Source: Candidatus Lutacidiplasma silvani (lineage in GTDB: Archaea; Thermoplasmatota; Thermoplasmata; Lutacidiplasmatales; UBA184). From it: a stretch of 64,000 nucleotides of DNA. Below, in pieces: positions 1 through 9,180 of the stretch (position 1 is the first letter of the stretch; each line of letters starts with the position of its first letter). The stretch covers positions 5,651 through 69,650 of the forward strand of contig JAKIVZ010000001.1 of assembly GCA_022750295.1 (NCBI GenBank). Reading direction: 5' to 3'. Made by a program: the position numbers and the translations under genes. Below the pieces are notes generated by a model. The model had not been told where the DNA came from and made no database searches. It saw only the letters and a program-made list of their open reading frames with translations.

Positions 1-98
1 CCGAGGGGGCCCCGAGTTCGATTCCGGCGAGGGCTAGCGCCCCGACGGTCCGAGGGCAGATCGGACCGGAATTCGACGTTGCGACGCCGTCGCACGCA

Positions 99-608
99 AT
101 GTTTATTCCGCGATCGTCGCCCCCGAGATTCATGCGGCGGAAGCCGGCGCCCGAGCTCGCCCCTCCGAGTGCCTCGTTCGTGGAACGCGACGAAGTCGAC
201 GTGTTCCGGTACCCGGCGGACATGACGGGCGCCGGGCCGAAGCCGGCGTTCGATGTCCTCTTCTCGACGCTGCCGAACGGGATCGACCGGAACTGCTTTG
301 GGACCTTCCGCGCACGCGAGGGACCACCGGAATACTTTGCGTGTGCCGAGCGGCTTCCGACCGACCCGGCGACCTACGCCCACCTCGAGACCGGCACGAT
401 TCCCGGCGGCCTCTACGTCCGCCGTATCTACCTCGGGAACTGGCGGGCGGGGATCCAGGACATCCCCGACAACTTCCGTCGACTCGTGGAAGAGTTCCAC
501 CCCGACTCCGCGCGCCCTTCAATCGAGTGGTATCGGGGGGACAACGAACTCCACCTCCTGCTCCCCGTGCTGGATCGGGAGACGCGGTCGCCGTCCCGTC
601 CTCGATAG
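99..608 (+). CDS. GyrI-like (AraC effector-binding) small-molecule-binding domain protein
   Basis: 169-aa ORF. The second half (…TGTIPGGLYVRRIY…IEWY…) has the pattern of GyrI-like domains. The true start may be the internal Met (MTGAGP…). Confidence 0.45.
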   Translation: MFIPRSSPPRFMRRKPAPELAPPSASFVERDEVDVFRYPADMTGAGPKPAFDVLFSTLPNGIDRNCFGTFRAREGPPEYFACAERLPTDPATYAHLETGTIPGGLYVRRIYLGNWRAGIQDIPDNFRRLVEEFHPDSARPSIEWYRGDNELHLLLPVLDRETRSPSRPR

Positions 609-675
609 CTTCGGACTCCCGACCGCCACGGCCGGATTCGCCGGGTGGGACCGGGTGCGCTGTGCCGGGCCCCGC

Positions 676-1245
676 CTAGGGCGGGCTCGCCCGCTCGGCC
701 AGGGAAGGCCGCTCGGGCGGAACGTCCCTCGGCCACCCGGATCTTCGTCCGAGCTGAATCAGTTTCCAACCGAGGACGGCGGACCAAACGAGTTCCAGCA
801 CGGCCGAGGGTCCGTCGAACGCCGTCAGGGCAGGGAACCCCGGGCGCAGGCCAAAGGCGAGTCCGACGACTCCCGTCGCAATCCCCCGGTAGCCGACCCT
901 CGGATCGGACGGACGATTCCGGAGAACGAGCCCGAGCCGTAGGATCCCGACGGAGAGCACGCCCGAACCGAGCGGAAGGGTCAGGCTGACGACGCCCCGG
1001 ACGTAGGTCGCGGTCGAGAGACTCGCCTGCTGGGCCGCCAGCGAGCCGCTCGCGTAGTTCTGACTGACGGCCACCAGGGCCACCACGTTCGGACCGGTGA
1101 CGAGCAGGTCGATCAGCGCATAGAGCGCGAGGAAGCCGGAGGCCACGGGGGTCGCGGCCCGGTCCAGTCGCCCGAATGCGGCGTACAGGGCAACGACCCC
1201 GAGGAGCAGGAACCGGTCGGAGAGGATGCCGATCCCGAAGGTCAC
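676..1245 (-). CDS. hypothetical integral membrane protein
   Basis: 189-aa ORF, strongly hydrophobic, several predicted TM helices, GTG start. Hydrophobic in-frame sequence continues upstream to a TGA near 1467 with no canonical start, so the N-terminus is uncertain. Confidence 0.4.
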   Translation of the reverse strand: MTFGIGILSDRFLLLGVVALYAAFGRLDRAATPVASGFLALYALIDLLVTGPNVVALVAVSQNYASGSLAAQQASLSTATYVRGVVSLTLPLGSGVLSVGILRLGLVLRNRPSDPRVGYRGIATGVVGLAFGLRPGFPALTAFDGPSAVLELVWSAVLGWKLIQLGRRSGWPRDVPPERPSLAERASPP

Positions 1246-1483
1246 GCGCGCGAGTTCCGCGTGCTGCGCCAGGGTCGCGAGCCCCGCACCACGGAGCTGA
1301 CCGCCCGGAAGCAGATAGGAGGTCGACGAACCGAGCGCGATGCTCAGCGGGATCAGCAGAACGAACGAGGCGGCGACGAGGAGGAGGCAAATCCCGCCCC
1401 AGGTGGAGAGCCGTTCGACTCCGGGCTCCGCCCGGGCGGGCCGGGCCGACTCCCCCGTCGTTCGGCCTCGTGTTCAGAGGGCG

Positions 1484-2008
1484 TTACTGGTACCGGGCCT
1501 TGACAGCGGAACGACGTTCGACCGGGTTGGGCGTTCCCTTTCCCTTTCGAATCAGACTCCGCAAGCTCCCCTGGATGTAGGAGCTCCACGCGCTCGAGCA
1601 GGCCCCGAAGCACTCGTCGGCCGGCACGAGTCCGACGTGAGTGAAGCGGACCTCGGTCTGGTCTCCCTTTCGCGAGATGTCGAACGTGATCGTGGTACCG
1701 TTCCACTCGGCCTTGTCCTCCACAAAGCGGAGCGAGCTGTCGAGCACCTCCCACGCGACGCGCTTTCCGGGAACCAACTCGGTCACCCGTTGTTTGGAAT
1801 AATGAAGGTCTTCGTACCGATACGTCCACTCGGCCCCGAGCGTGTCGGTCTTCCCGTCGATATTCCCGGACCACCACCCCCGGACGTCGTTGATGGCCGC
1901 ATACGCGGGGGCGGGCGGTTCGTCGACGGTAAATGCAACGGTGAAGCTGGAGCCTGGCCCGCGCTTGCCACGCGCGGCGGAACCCTTGGGGGACTTTTTG
2001 GTCGTCAT
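1484..2008 (-). CDS. SRPBCC/AHSA1 (activator of Hsp90 ATPase-like) family protein
   Basis: Ordinary-composition product (…FTVDEPPAPAYAAINDVRGWW…) with recognisable homology to the AHSA1/SRPBCC ligand-binding family; a paralogue lies at 6045–6446. ATG checked at 2006–2008 on the minus strand. Confidence 0.6.
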   Translation of the reverse strand: MTTKKSPKGSAARGKRGPGSSFTVAFTVDEPPAPAYAAINDVRGWWSGNIDGKTDTLGAEWTYRYEDLHYSKQRVTELVPGKRVAWEVLDSSLRFVEDKAEWNGTTITFDISRKGDQTEVRFTHVGLVPADECFGACSSAWSSYIQGSLRSLIRKGKGTPNPVERRSAVKARYQ

Positions 2009-2178
2009 GGATCGCCGAATCTTCGACCCCATAGAAAAGGGCGCACCAACGGCCCCCAGCGCCGTGGGTCGGGCTCCCGGCCCTCGACGGTGGCACCGCC
2101 TGAGACACGGGGGTCGAGGAAACGCCCCATCGGGCGAGGCCGACCGCCCCCCGCCGCCCCTCCGGGGTTCTTAGGGGG

Positions 2179-2673
2179 CTACCCGTCGCGCGAGGTGAGG
2201 GCGAACTCGTAGAGGTCGCGCAGCAACACCGGCGCGAGGCCGGGGAACGTCTGGGCCAGCGTGCGCGTCTTTCCGTCCGGGGTCACCTGGGGCGCGAGGT
2301 GTCGGAGGCCGAACGCCGAGAGGGCCATCAGGACCGGGACGACGTCCTTCCCCTTCGAAGTGAGTCGATAGTGGACCTTCCGGTCGTCGTGGGGGTCGGA
2401 GAGTTTCTCGATCAGCTCCTCCGAGCGAAGTTCCCGGAGCCGGTTGGTGAGGACCCGGGGCGTGAGCCCTTCGCTCCGCGCGAGGAGTTGGCCGAACGTC
2501 TGGTCGGGCCAGAAGGCCACGTCGCGGAGGACGACCAGCGCCCATTTCCGGCCGAGGATGCCCAGCGACGCCCGGATCGGGCACCCGAGGGCGTCCTCCC
2601 GAAGCAACGTTCCGATCGAGGAGAGAGGGTACGAATCGACGTTGGGTCGAGAACCGGAGACCGGTCGCCGCAT
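2179..2673 (-). CDS. HxlR-type winged-helix transcriptional regulator
   Basis: Core …CPIRASLGILGRKWALVVLRDV…LTPRVLTNRLRELRSEELIEK… matches the HxlR/DUF24 HTH family. Divergent from the alpha/beta hydrolase. Confidence 0.6.
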   Translation of the reverse strand: MRRPVSGSRPNVDSYPLSSIGTLLREDALGCPIRASLGILGRKWALVVLRDVAFWPDQTFGQLLARSEGLTPRVLTNRLRELRSEELIEKLSDPHDDRKVHYRLTSKGKDVVPVLMALSAFGLRHLAPQVTPDGKTRTLAQTFPGLAPVLLRDLYEFALTSRDG

Positions 2674-2944
2674 GGCCGTTCAATCACTATGCTTGGGATA
2701 CTATTTGAATCGACCTCGAAGCGTTCGGTCGGCCCCGATATCCTCCGCGAGCCGAATCACTATCCATCCGTTCCATCTGCCGTTCAAATAGTGTCCGAAG
2801 TATACTGAGACCCATGTCCGATCTTCCCCATCGATCCGGCGAGTTCGTACGGCCGACCCCGCCCCCCGTCGACCGAGACGTCGTTCCGAGGCATTCCGGG
2901 GGAGAGGACTCGACTCGGCCGGCCCCGAACGGAGGTCCGGCCGC

Positions 2945-3754
2945 ATGACCGTCCTTACGGTCCGCGCCGACGGAGGCGGGTCGGTCGACGTCACGGTGAC
3001 GGATCGCGGTTCCGGTCGGCCCGTTTGGCTCCTGCATGGCGGGGCCGGGCCCATGTCCGTGGCCGGGTTCGCGCAGATGCTCGCCGAGCGGTCCGGCGCC
3101 CACGTCTACGTGCCGACCCATCCGGGATTCGGGGGGACCCCGCGCCCCGATTGGCTGACGAGCGTTCCCGAGCTCGCCCGGGTCTACGCTCGGCTTCTCG
3201 AGACGCTCGACCTCCACGACGTCGTCGTGATCGGCAACTCGATGGGAGGTTGGATCGGCGCCGAGCTCGGGTTGCTCGCACCGCACCGGCTGGGAGGCTT
3301 GATCCTGGTCGACGCCGGAGGGATCGACGTCCCCGGCCATCCGATCGTCGACATCTTCCCGCTCTCGTTGGACGAGGTCGTCCAGTTGAGCTGGCACAAT
3401 CCGGCCGCCTTTCCGAAGAGCCCCAAGCCCCCCACCGAGGCGGAGCGAGCCGTGCTCGGCGGCAACCGGGCCGCACTTGCGGTGTATGGCGGGAATCCAC
3501 CGAAGAACGACCCGACCCTCGGGGCCCGTCTGGCGAAGCTGGCCCTGCCGACCTTGGTCGTCTGGGGGGAGAGCGACCGGATCGTGGACCCCGGGTACGG
3601 GCGGGCGTACGCCGCCGCCATTCCGGGGGCCCGCTTCCAACTGATCCCGGGAGCGGGTCACGTCCCGCAGCTCGAGGCCCCGGCGGCGCTGTGCGAGGCC
3701 GTCGGGCCGTTCCTGGGGTCCCCCGCCGCGGGGCCGGCCGACCCTCCCCGGTGA
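2945..3754 (+). CDS. alpha/beta-fold hydrolase
   Basis: HGGAG oxyanion motif and GNSMGG nucleophile elbow. 269 aa with the Asp/His region near the C-terminus. Confidence 0.7.
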   Translation: MTVLTVRADGGGSVDVTVTDRGSGRPVWLLHGGAGPMSVAGFAQMLAERSGAHVYVPTHPGFGGTPRPDWLTSVPELARVYARLLETLDLHDVVVIGNSMGGWIGAELGLLAPHRLGGLILVDAGGIDVPGHPIVDIFPLSLDEVVQLSWHNPAAFPKSPKPPTEAERAVLGGNRAALAVYGGNPPKNDPTLGARLAKLALPTLVVWGESDRIVDPGYGRAYAAAIPGARFQLIPGAGHVPQLEAPAALCEAVGPFLGSPAAGPADPPR

Positions 3755-3856
3755 CTCGGAACGGTCCCCGCGGTCTCGCGCCCGGGGAAGGGCCCGGGGT
3801 CGGGGCCCCAGCGCGACCGGGCGACCCCGTTCGCCGATCGCGATCGGCCGGACGGC

Positions 3857-4516
3857 TCAGGCGCGGGGTCTCCGGAAGCACCCCGGGGCATGGTCGTCGA
3901 CGAGGCCGACCGCTTGCATCCACGCGTAGACGATTACCGGTCCGACGAACTTGAACCCCTGCGACTTGAGTTGGTCGGAGAGGGCTTCGGAGAGCGGGGT
4001 CTTCGCTCGTACCGGACCCGGTTCCCGGATCGGAGCCCCGCCGACGGCGGACCAGACGAACGTCGCAAAATCCACTCCGTCCGACGCGAGCCGCCGATAC
4101 GACCGCGCGCCGGCGATCGTCGCTTCGATCTTCGCTCGCGACCGGACGATCCCCGGGTCCGCGAGCAGACGCGCGACGTCCCGCTCGTCGAACCGGGCGA
4201 CCTTCGCCGGGTCGAACTGACGGAACGCGCGTCGGAACGCCTCCCGCTTCCGCAGGATGATCGTCCACGAAAGCCCCGCCTGGAACCCCTCGAGCATGAG
4301 CATCTCCCAGAGCCGACGGCTGTCGTGGACGGGAACGCCCCACTCCTCGTCGTGGTAGACCTGGAGCATCGGGTCGGTCTTCGCCCACTCGCACCGCTCG
4401 ACGGTCGGGGCCGGGCCCACGGTCCCGGGGGAACGCGAGGCGGCCGCCGCGGATTTCTCGGCGGCCCGGACCCGGGTCGGGCGGGCGGTGCCCCGGGGTC
4501 TCCGAGTTCCCGTCAT
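3857..4516 (-). CDS. tag: DNA-3-methyladenine glycosylase I (Tag)
   Basis: CEW…YHDEEWGVP…WTIILRKRE…FVGPVIVYAWMQAVGLVDDH…CF are signature Tag motifs. Start ATG verified at 4514–4516 (minus). Confidence 0.7.
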   Translation of the reverse strand: MTGTRRPRGTARPTRVRAAEKSAAAASRSPGTVGPAPTVERCEWAKTDPMLQVYHDEEWGVPVHDSRRLWEMLMLEGFQAGLSWTIILRKREAFRRAFRQFDPAKVARFDERDVARLLADPGIVRSRAKIEATIAGARSYRRLASDGVDFATFVWSAVGGAPIREPGPVRAKTPLSEALSDQLKSQGFKFVGPVIVYAWMQAVGLVDDHAPGCFRRPRA

Positions 4517-4523
4517 CTTCGGC

Positions 4524-5015
4524 CTACGTTCTCGGCAGGTGCGAGAGGATCTCGTCGACCATCGTATCGACCGGGACCGTCGCATCGATGCCGATGCCGC
4601 GCCCGACCGTGGCCGCTTTCGCGTACACCTCCTGCGCCGCTTGGGCCCCGTGCGGGGGTCGACGATGGCCGTCCCGCGCGATGCACACGGCGAGTGGGGC
4701 GTCCAATCGGAAGATGTAGTGTCGGAACCGGAGCCGGCCGACCAGGTCGTCGAGCTGCGCCTCGTAGTAGAAGTTCCCGTCGAACAGGACGGGTCGGCCC
4801 CCGGTCAGGATCGACCGGGCGAGTTCGGCGGCGTGCTCGTTGGCCCGAACGAAGCTCCGGAGGGAGACGTACCCGTCCTCCCACTCCTCGAGCTGGTGCT
4901 CGTCGAGGATCCGGTCGATCGAGACGGGCACACCGCCGATCCGGGTGGCGAGTTGGGCGGTTACGCTGCTCTTGCCCACCCCGAGCGGTCCTCGGATGAT
5001 CACGAAGTAGACCAC
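4524..5015 (-). CDS. P-loop ATPase / putative kinase (AAA_33-like)
   Basis: Walker A GPLGVGKSS near the N-terminus, 163 aa. Lies 8 nt upstream of tag, probably co-transcribed. Confidence 0.55.
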   Translation of the reverse strand: MVYFVIIRGPLGVGKSSVTAQLATRIGGVPVSIDRILDEHQLEEWEDGYVSLRSFVRANEHAAELARSILTGGRPVLFDGNFYYEAQLDDLVGRLRFRHYIFRLDAPLAVCIARDGHRRPPHGAQAAQEVYAKAATVGRGIGIDATVPVDTMVDEILSHLPRT

Positions 5016-5049
5016 GGATTCGGTCTCCCGGCTCCCGATGGCCCGCCGT

Positions 5050-5484
5050 TCACCGGGCCGCGCGCGCCTCGTTCTCGGCCACGCGGGCGACTCCGAGTTT
5101 CCGGACGAGCGCCTCCGGAACGGGGCGGGACGCCGGGAATCGGATGCAGCCCTTCCCGACGTCGAACGCGCCGAGCTCCGTGGCGTGGGGTTCCAGCCGC
5201 GGCGGGCGGGAAACGTAGAACGCGAGGTGATCCTTCTGGGCCCCGATCCCGACCAAATATCCCCGGTAGGTGTAGGATGGAATCCCGTACGCGATGGACT
5301 CGGTCGCTGGCGGCGCGGACGATCGGATTTCCGCGCGGAGATTCCCGAGCGCGATCGGTTCCTCCGCCGCGAGGGCCGCCAGGTACTCGTCGACGGTGGC
5401 CGGGGGGCCTCCTCCGCTCGGTTTCGCCTTGCCGATGGTCGGCGACCCGGTCCCGACCCGCTTCTCGCGCATCGAGGAACGCAC
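5050..5484 (-). CDS. DUF1801 (YdhG-like) domain protein
   Basis: …VDEYLAAL…AYGIPSYTYRGYLVGIGAQKDHLAFY… matches the DUF1801 pattern. Confidence 0.5.
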   Translation of the reverse strand: MRSSMREKRVGTGSPTIGKAKPSGGGPPATVDEYLAALAAEEPIALGNLRAEIRSSAPPATESIAYGIPSYTYRGYLVGIGAQKDHLAFYVSRPPRLEPHATELGAFDVGKGCIRFPASRPVPEALVRKLGVARVAENEARAAR

Positions 5485-5534
5485 CTCCCCCGGGAGCGAG
5501 CCCGATTAGAAAACGTTCGGGGCGCGGGCTCCGA

Positions 5535-5957
5535 TCACCGCGTTCGAGCGCGGGATCGACGTCTCGTCCGCCGCCGGTCGGGGGTCGGGGATCGGGGCTT
5601 TGGCCGGGGCGTCACGGCCTCGTGGAGGTGCCGGTCGAGGGCCGCAAACTGCTCCGCCCAGAACGTCCGGTACGAGGACATCCACTCGTCGGCGACCCGG
5701 AGCGCCCGGGCATCGAGCGAGCACCGACGAAGGCGCCCGTCCACCGTGCGGGAGACGAGCCGGGCCTGCTCGAGGACCTTCAGGTGTTTCGAGACGGCAG
5801 GGAGGGACATTTCGAACGGCTCCGCGAGGTCGGTCACGGTGGCGGGGCGGTCCGCGAGCCGGACGAGGATCGCCCGTCGCGTCCGGTCGGAGAGGGCGTG
5901 AAAGACGTCGTCGAGGTCGTCGGCGGATCCTGGGGGGGCAACGGTCGCGGCCGCCAT
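5535..5957 (-). CDS. ArsR/SmtB-family transcriptional regulator
   Basis: …VFHALSDRTRRAILVRLADRPATVTDLAEPFEMSLPAVSKHLKVLEQARLV… is a classic ArsR HTH. Start verified. The low-complexity basic tail may be an over-extension. Confidence 0.65.
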   Translation of the reverse strand: MAAATVAPPGSADDLDDVFHALSDRTRRAILVRLADRPATVTDLAEPFEMSLPAVSKHLKVLEQARLVSRTVDGRLRRCSLDARALRVADEWMSSYRTFWAEQFAALDRHLHEAVTPRPKPRSPTPDRRRTRRRSRARTR

Positions 5958-6044
5958 CGTCCGGAGGCCGGGGATAGTAAACCAAACGGTTAAGTATTGC
6001 GCGTCCGTCCTCGCCCCCGGCCCGAACCGGGCCGGAAGAGTCCG
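5958..6044. promoter_or_regulatory. divergent promoter/operator region between ArsR and AHSA1
   Basis: AT-rich island gatagtaaaccaaacggttaagtattgc in a GC-rich genome. Contains the inverted repeat AACC-N4-GGTT and a TATA-like ttaagtatt. Confidence 0.4.
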
Positions 6045-6446
6045 ATGTCGTGGGGTTCCGTCCATCAGGAAGTCAAGTTCGACGCGACGCCGAAGCGAGT
6101 GTACGACGCGCTCATGGTCACGAAGCAGCACGCCGCGTTCACGGGCGTCCCCGCGAAGATCAGCCCGGTCGAGGGGGGCGAGTTCCAATGCTTCGACGGC
6201 TCGCTCGAGGGCCGGAACGTCGCGCTGATCCCGGGAAAACGGATCGTCCAGGCGTGGCGGATCAGTGGCTGGGAGGACGGCGTCTTCTCGATCGTCCGGT
6301 TCGAGCTCGAGAAGACGAAGACCGGAACGAAACTCGTCTTCGACCACACCGGGGTTCCCCAAGACGCCCTGAAGGGGATCACCGCGGGGTGGTACGAGCA
6401 CTACTGGGACAACCTGACGAAGTACTTCGCCGGGAAGAAGGGGTGA
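6045..6446 (+). CDS. SRPBCC/AHSA1 family protein (paralogue)
   Basis: …VKFDATPKRVYDALMVTKQHAAFTG…ITAGWYEHYWDNL… Start taken at MSWGSV, removing the basic leader. Confidence 0.6.
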   Translation: MSWGSVHQEVKFDATPKRVYDALMVTKQHAAFTGVPAKISPVEGGEFQCFDGSLEGRNVALIPGKRIVQAWRISGWEDGVFSIVRFELEKTKTGTKLVFDHTGVPQDALKGITAGWYEHYWDNLTKYFAGKKG

Positions 6447-6567
6447 CCCCCGGTCCCCGGGGTCGGCCCCCGATTCGGCCGCCCGTTCGTGTCCCGCCGT
6501 CGCCGAGCGCTGGACGTAACCGGGTGGGAACGGGTCGGTTTTAGCGATTTTTTCTCCTGCCGAGCGC

Positions 6568-6861
6568 ATGGGCGGAAAAGTGGTCGTCCAAGTTCGGCAG
6601 GCGGATGGGAGCCCCGTGCCCGGGGCGCGACTCCTCGCCATCAACCACGATGCGTGGTCGAAGGCGCACAAGGAGTGGCATGGGACCACGGACACGACCG
6701 GCGACTACACGTGGCCGAACATGGACACAGGAACCCTCGGCGACCGGTACACCTTCACGGCCGCCTTCGAGGACGGAAAGGCGAAATGGGCGGGCGAGTC
6801 GAGCCATCGGATCAAGGGCGACACGACGATCGTGCTCACCCTCACCAAGGCCAACGACTGA
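6568..6861 (+). CDS. hypothetical small protein (prealbumin/Ig-like beta fold?)
   Basis: 97 aa with protein-like composition. TATA-like ttttagcgattttttc about 25 bp upstream. Confidence 0.4.
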   Translation: MGGKVVVQVRQADGSPVPGARLLAINHDAWSKAHKEWHGTTDTTGDYTWPNMDTGTLGDRYTFTAAFEDGKAKWAGESSHRIKGDTTIVLTLTKAND

Positions 6862-7124
6862 ACCCCCCGCTGCGTCGAACCTCGGGATTCCCCTCGGTCC
6901 CGGGGCCAACCCATTCCCGGCTTCCGATTCGCGGGGCGGAGCCCCCACGGGTCGATTGGCAAGTTCGTTCGCACCGGTCCGAGACCCGGGGCGGGGAGGT
7001 CCCTTCGCGGTACCCGACGGTCCCGTCCCGATTGGGCCCGTGCCGCCGGTCACCTTCGAACAGTAACCGACTGGGAAGTTGGGGACCGCCCCCGTATATT
7101 CCGCGGCAGGGGATTCGACGCCCC

Positions 7125-7454
7125 ATGTCGGCGAGCGCGCAGCACCTGAAACGAACCCGACGTTCGGAGTTCTCCGGGCAGCACGACCCCGATCGGATCG
7201 ATCGACTTTCCCCGGGCCGTCCCCCTCGGGACGTCTCGGACACGTCCTCCGAGCTCGACCGGGTGTTCGACGACGCCACGATTCTCGCCCACGACCTCGT
7301 CTGGGCGGCCCGCGGAGCCACGGGGTTGGGGCCGGGGACCCTCGAATTTGCTCCATCGGTCGCGAACGAGTGGGATGCTCGGCGGCGGTTCCGCGCCGTG
7401 CGTCGTGGAGGGAGGGCGGCCCAGTGGGGCGATCGCCGGACCCGGCACCCGTAA
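7125..7454 (+). CDS. hypothetical protein
   Basis: ATG at 7125 preceded by TATA-like cgtatattcc about 30 bp upstream. Product MSASAQHLKRTRR… has no recognisable domain. Confidence 0.25.
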   Translation: MSASAQHLKRTRRSEFSGQHDPDRIDRLSPGRPPRDVSDTSSELDRVFDDATILAHDLVWAARGATGLGPGTLEFAPSVANEWDARRRFRAVRRGGRAAQWGDRRTRHP

Positions 7455-7477
7455 TCTCCTCCACGAGGCAAACTCCG

Positions 7478-7831
7478 ATGCCCGCCACGTGCGAAGGGTG
7501 TGAGGCCCCGCTCGACCCGTCGTGGGTCGCGTGCCCGCACTGCGGCCGCCCGGTCTCGGGCCAGTTGGGGACCGAGAAGCTCGTTCGGGTGATCACCCAG
7601 GTGGGAGTCGACCTCCTCGAGGTGGGGCTCCTCGAAGCGGAGGCGAACGCGAAGGAGAAGGGGGACACCACCCGCGCGGAGCAACTGGCGATCGCCCGGA
7701 ATCTCGCGAAGGACGTCGGACCGAAGATCGCGGATGCGGTGACGACCCTCGTCTACCAGAAACAGGTACTGGGGGAACCGGCCGCGGAAAAGTCTCTCCC
7801 CCCGGGGAATCGCGGCGCGAGGGCGCCTTGA
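7478..7831 (+). CDS. zinc-ribbon domain protein
   Basis: MPATCEGCEAPLDPSWVACPHCGRP… CxxC…CxxC zinc ribbon followed by a helical segment. Confidence 0.4.
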   Translation: MPATCEGCEAPLDPSWVACPHCGRPVSGQLGTEKLVRVITQVGVDLLEVGLLEAEANAKEKGDTTRAEQLAIARNLAKDVGPKIADAVTTLVYQKQVLGEPAAEKSLPPGNRGARAP

Positions 7832-8157
7832 CGGGACGTTCCGAGGGCGGGGTGGCCGGGGGAGCGCGTCCGACCGACATTCGCGCCTCGCCCACGAGGC
7901 CGACCCCTTCCTCGCCGCCGTCCGTCCGCTCGCGATTCCTGGTGGCGCTGCTCCGCTGGGTCCGGCCGAGCCGGATCCCCTGGGGCCTCGTCCAACTCCT
8001 CGCGAACGCTTCGATGTCGATCGGGCTCTGGTCCGGTCGGCACTCCCGCTGGGTGCGCCGACGGCACCTCCTCGCCTGGGTCGCGTGGGTGGCGGCCGCG
8101 GCGGCGGTCGTCACGGTCGCGACCGTCGCCGTCGCGCGGGACCCCGCGCGTCCGCCG

Positions 8158-9153
8158 CTACGGCTCCGACCGGGGGAGGTCGGTCGGCGGGCGATCCGCC
8201 CGAGTCCCCGCCGAGGCTCCTAGGTCGCCGTCCTTGCGAGGGGGCGGGGCGGGGACGCTCGCGCGCGACCGGCGGAACTTCGTCAGGACCGCGAGGCCGA
8301 CGATGATGAGCGCGAGCCCGCCGAGCTCCCAGAGCTGGAACGGCTCCGCGAAGATCAGCGTGCCGACCAGGACCGCCGCGACCGGGTTCACGTAGGCGAC
8401 GAGGTTCGCCCGGGCCGGTCCGATCCGGTGGTGCAGGTAGAAGTACAGCGAGTAGCCGACGAGCGATGGTAGGAGCACGAGGTAGCCGAGGGCGAACAGC
8501 GTCCCGGTGGAGAGGGGGAACGCCGGGTGCGGCTCCACCACCGGAAGGGCCACGAGGAGGAACAGGGTCGCGATCAGGAACTGGACCGAGACGCCCCAGA
8601 GGGTCTCCCCGTGGGGGCGGTACCGCCGCAGGAGGACGGTCCCGAACGCGACGCTGACGGCGGCTCCGAGAACGGCGATCGGGCCCCAGACGGTCGTGAA
8701 GAGCACGACGCCGGGGGGCGGGACGACGAGGATCACCACTCCGACGAACCCGACCACAAGGCCGACCGCCCCCCAGCGGCCGAACGACTCGCCGGGGAGG
8801 ATCGGCAGCGCGAACAGCGCCGTCAGGAACGGCGTACCCGCGATGAGGATCGCCGCGAGGTTGCCCGACGTCGACGCCTCGCCGAGGTAGAGGAGGAGAC
8901 CGTACACCCCGACGATCGGCAGCCCGAGGAGGCCGGAGACCCCGAGGGAGCGCCACGTCGGTCGGGCGACCCGGGTCACCGCGGCGAGGAGCCCGATGGC
9001 GACGGCGGAGAGCGCGTACCGGGACGCGGCGAAGAAAACGGGGGTCGCCCCGTCGACGATCCCGAACCGGATCACGGGGTACGCCGAGCCCCAGATCAGT
9101 CCGACGAGGACGAGCAGCAGGAGGTTTCGCCGGTCCGGATCGGATTCCGCCAC
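8158..9153 (-). CDS. EamA/DMT-superfamily transporter
   Basis: 331 aa, about 10 TM segments, two EamA-like halves (…GLIWGSAYPV… and …IGPARANLVAYVNPV…). Confidence 0.65.
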   Translation of the reverse strand: MAESDPDRRNLLLLVLVGLIWGSAYPVIRFGIVDGATPVFFAASRYALSAVAIGLLAAVTRVARPTWRSLGVSGLLGLPIVGVYGLLLYLGEASTSGNLAAILIAGTPFLTALFALPILPGESFGRWGAVGLVVGFVGVVILVVPPPGVVLFTTVWGPIAVLGAAVSVAFGTVLLRRYRPHGETLWGVSVQFLIATLFLLVALPVVEPHPAFPLSTGTLFALGYLVLLPSLVGYSLYFYLHHRIGPARANLVAYVNPVAAVLVGTLIFAEPFQLWELGGLALIIVGLAVLTKFRRSRASVPAPPPRKDGDLGASAGTRADRPPTDLPRSEP

Positions 9154-9180
9154 GTGCCTCCGTCGGGGACGTCCGCCGCC

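Noticed and set aside
1-40. tRNA-like motif GTTCGATTCC (T-loop consensus) at the very start of the window, suggesting the 3' end of a tRNA or an att-site remnant
   Set aside because: The flanking bases do not form a 5-bp T-stem (CCGAG versus CCGGC pairs at only 1–2 positions). No acceptor stem can be paired because the 5' part lies outside the window. It is not a copy of the tRNA-Cys T-arm at 21940–21956. It may be a tRNA or integration remnant, but this cannot be supported from here.
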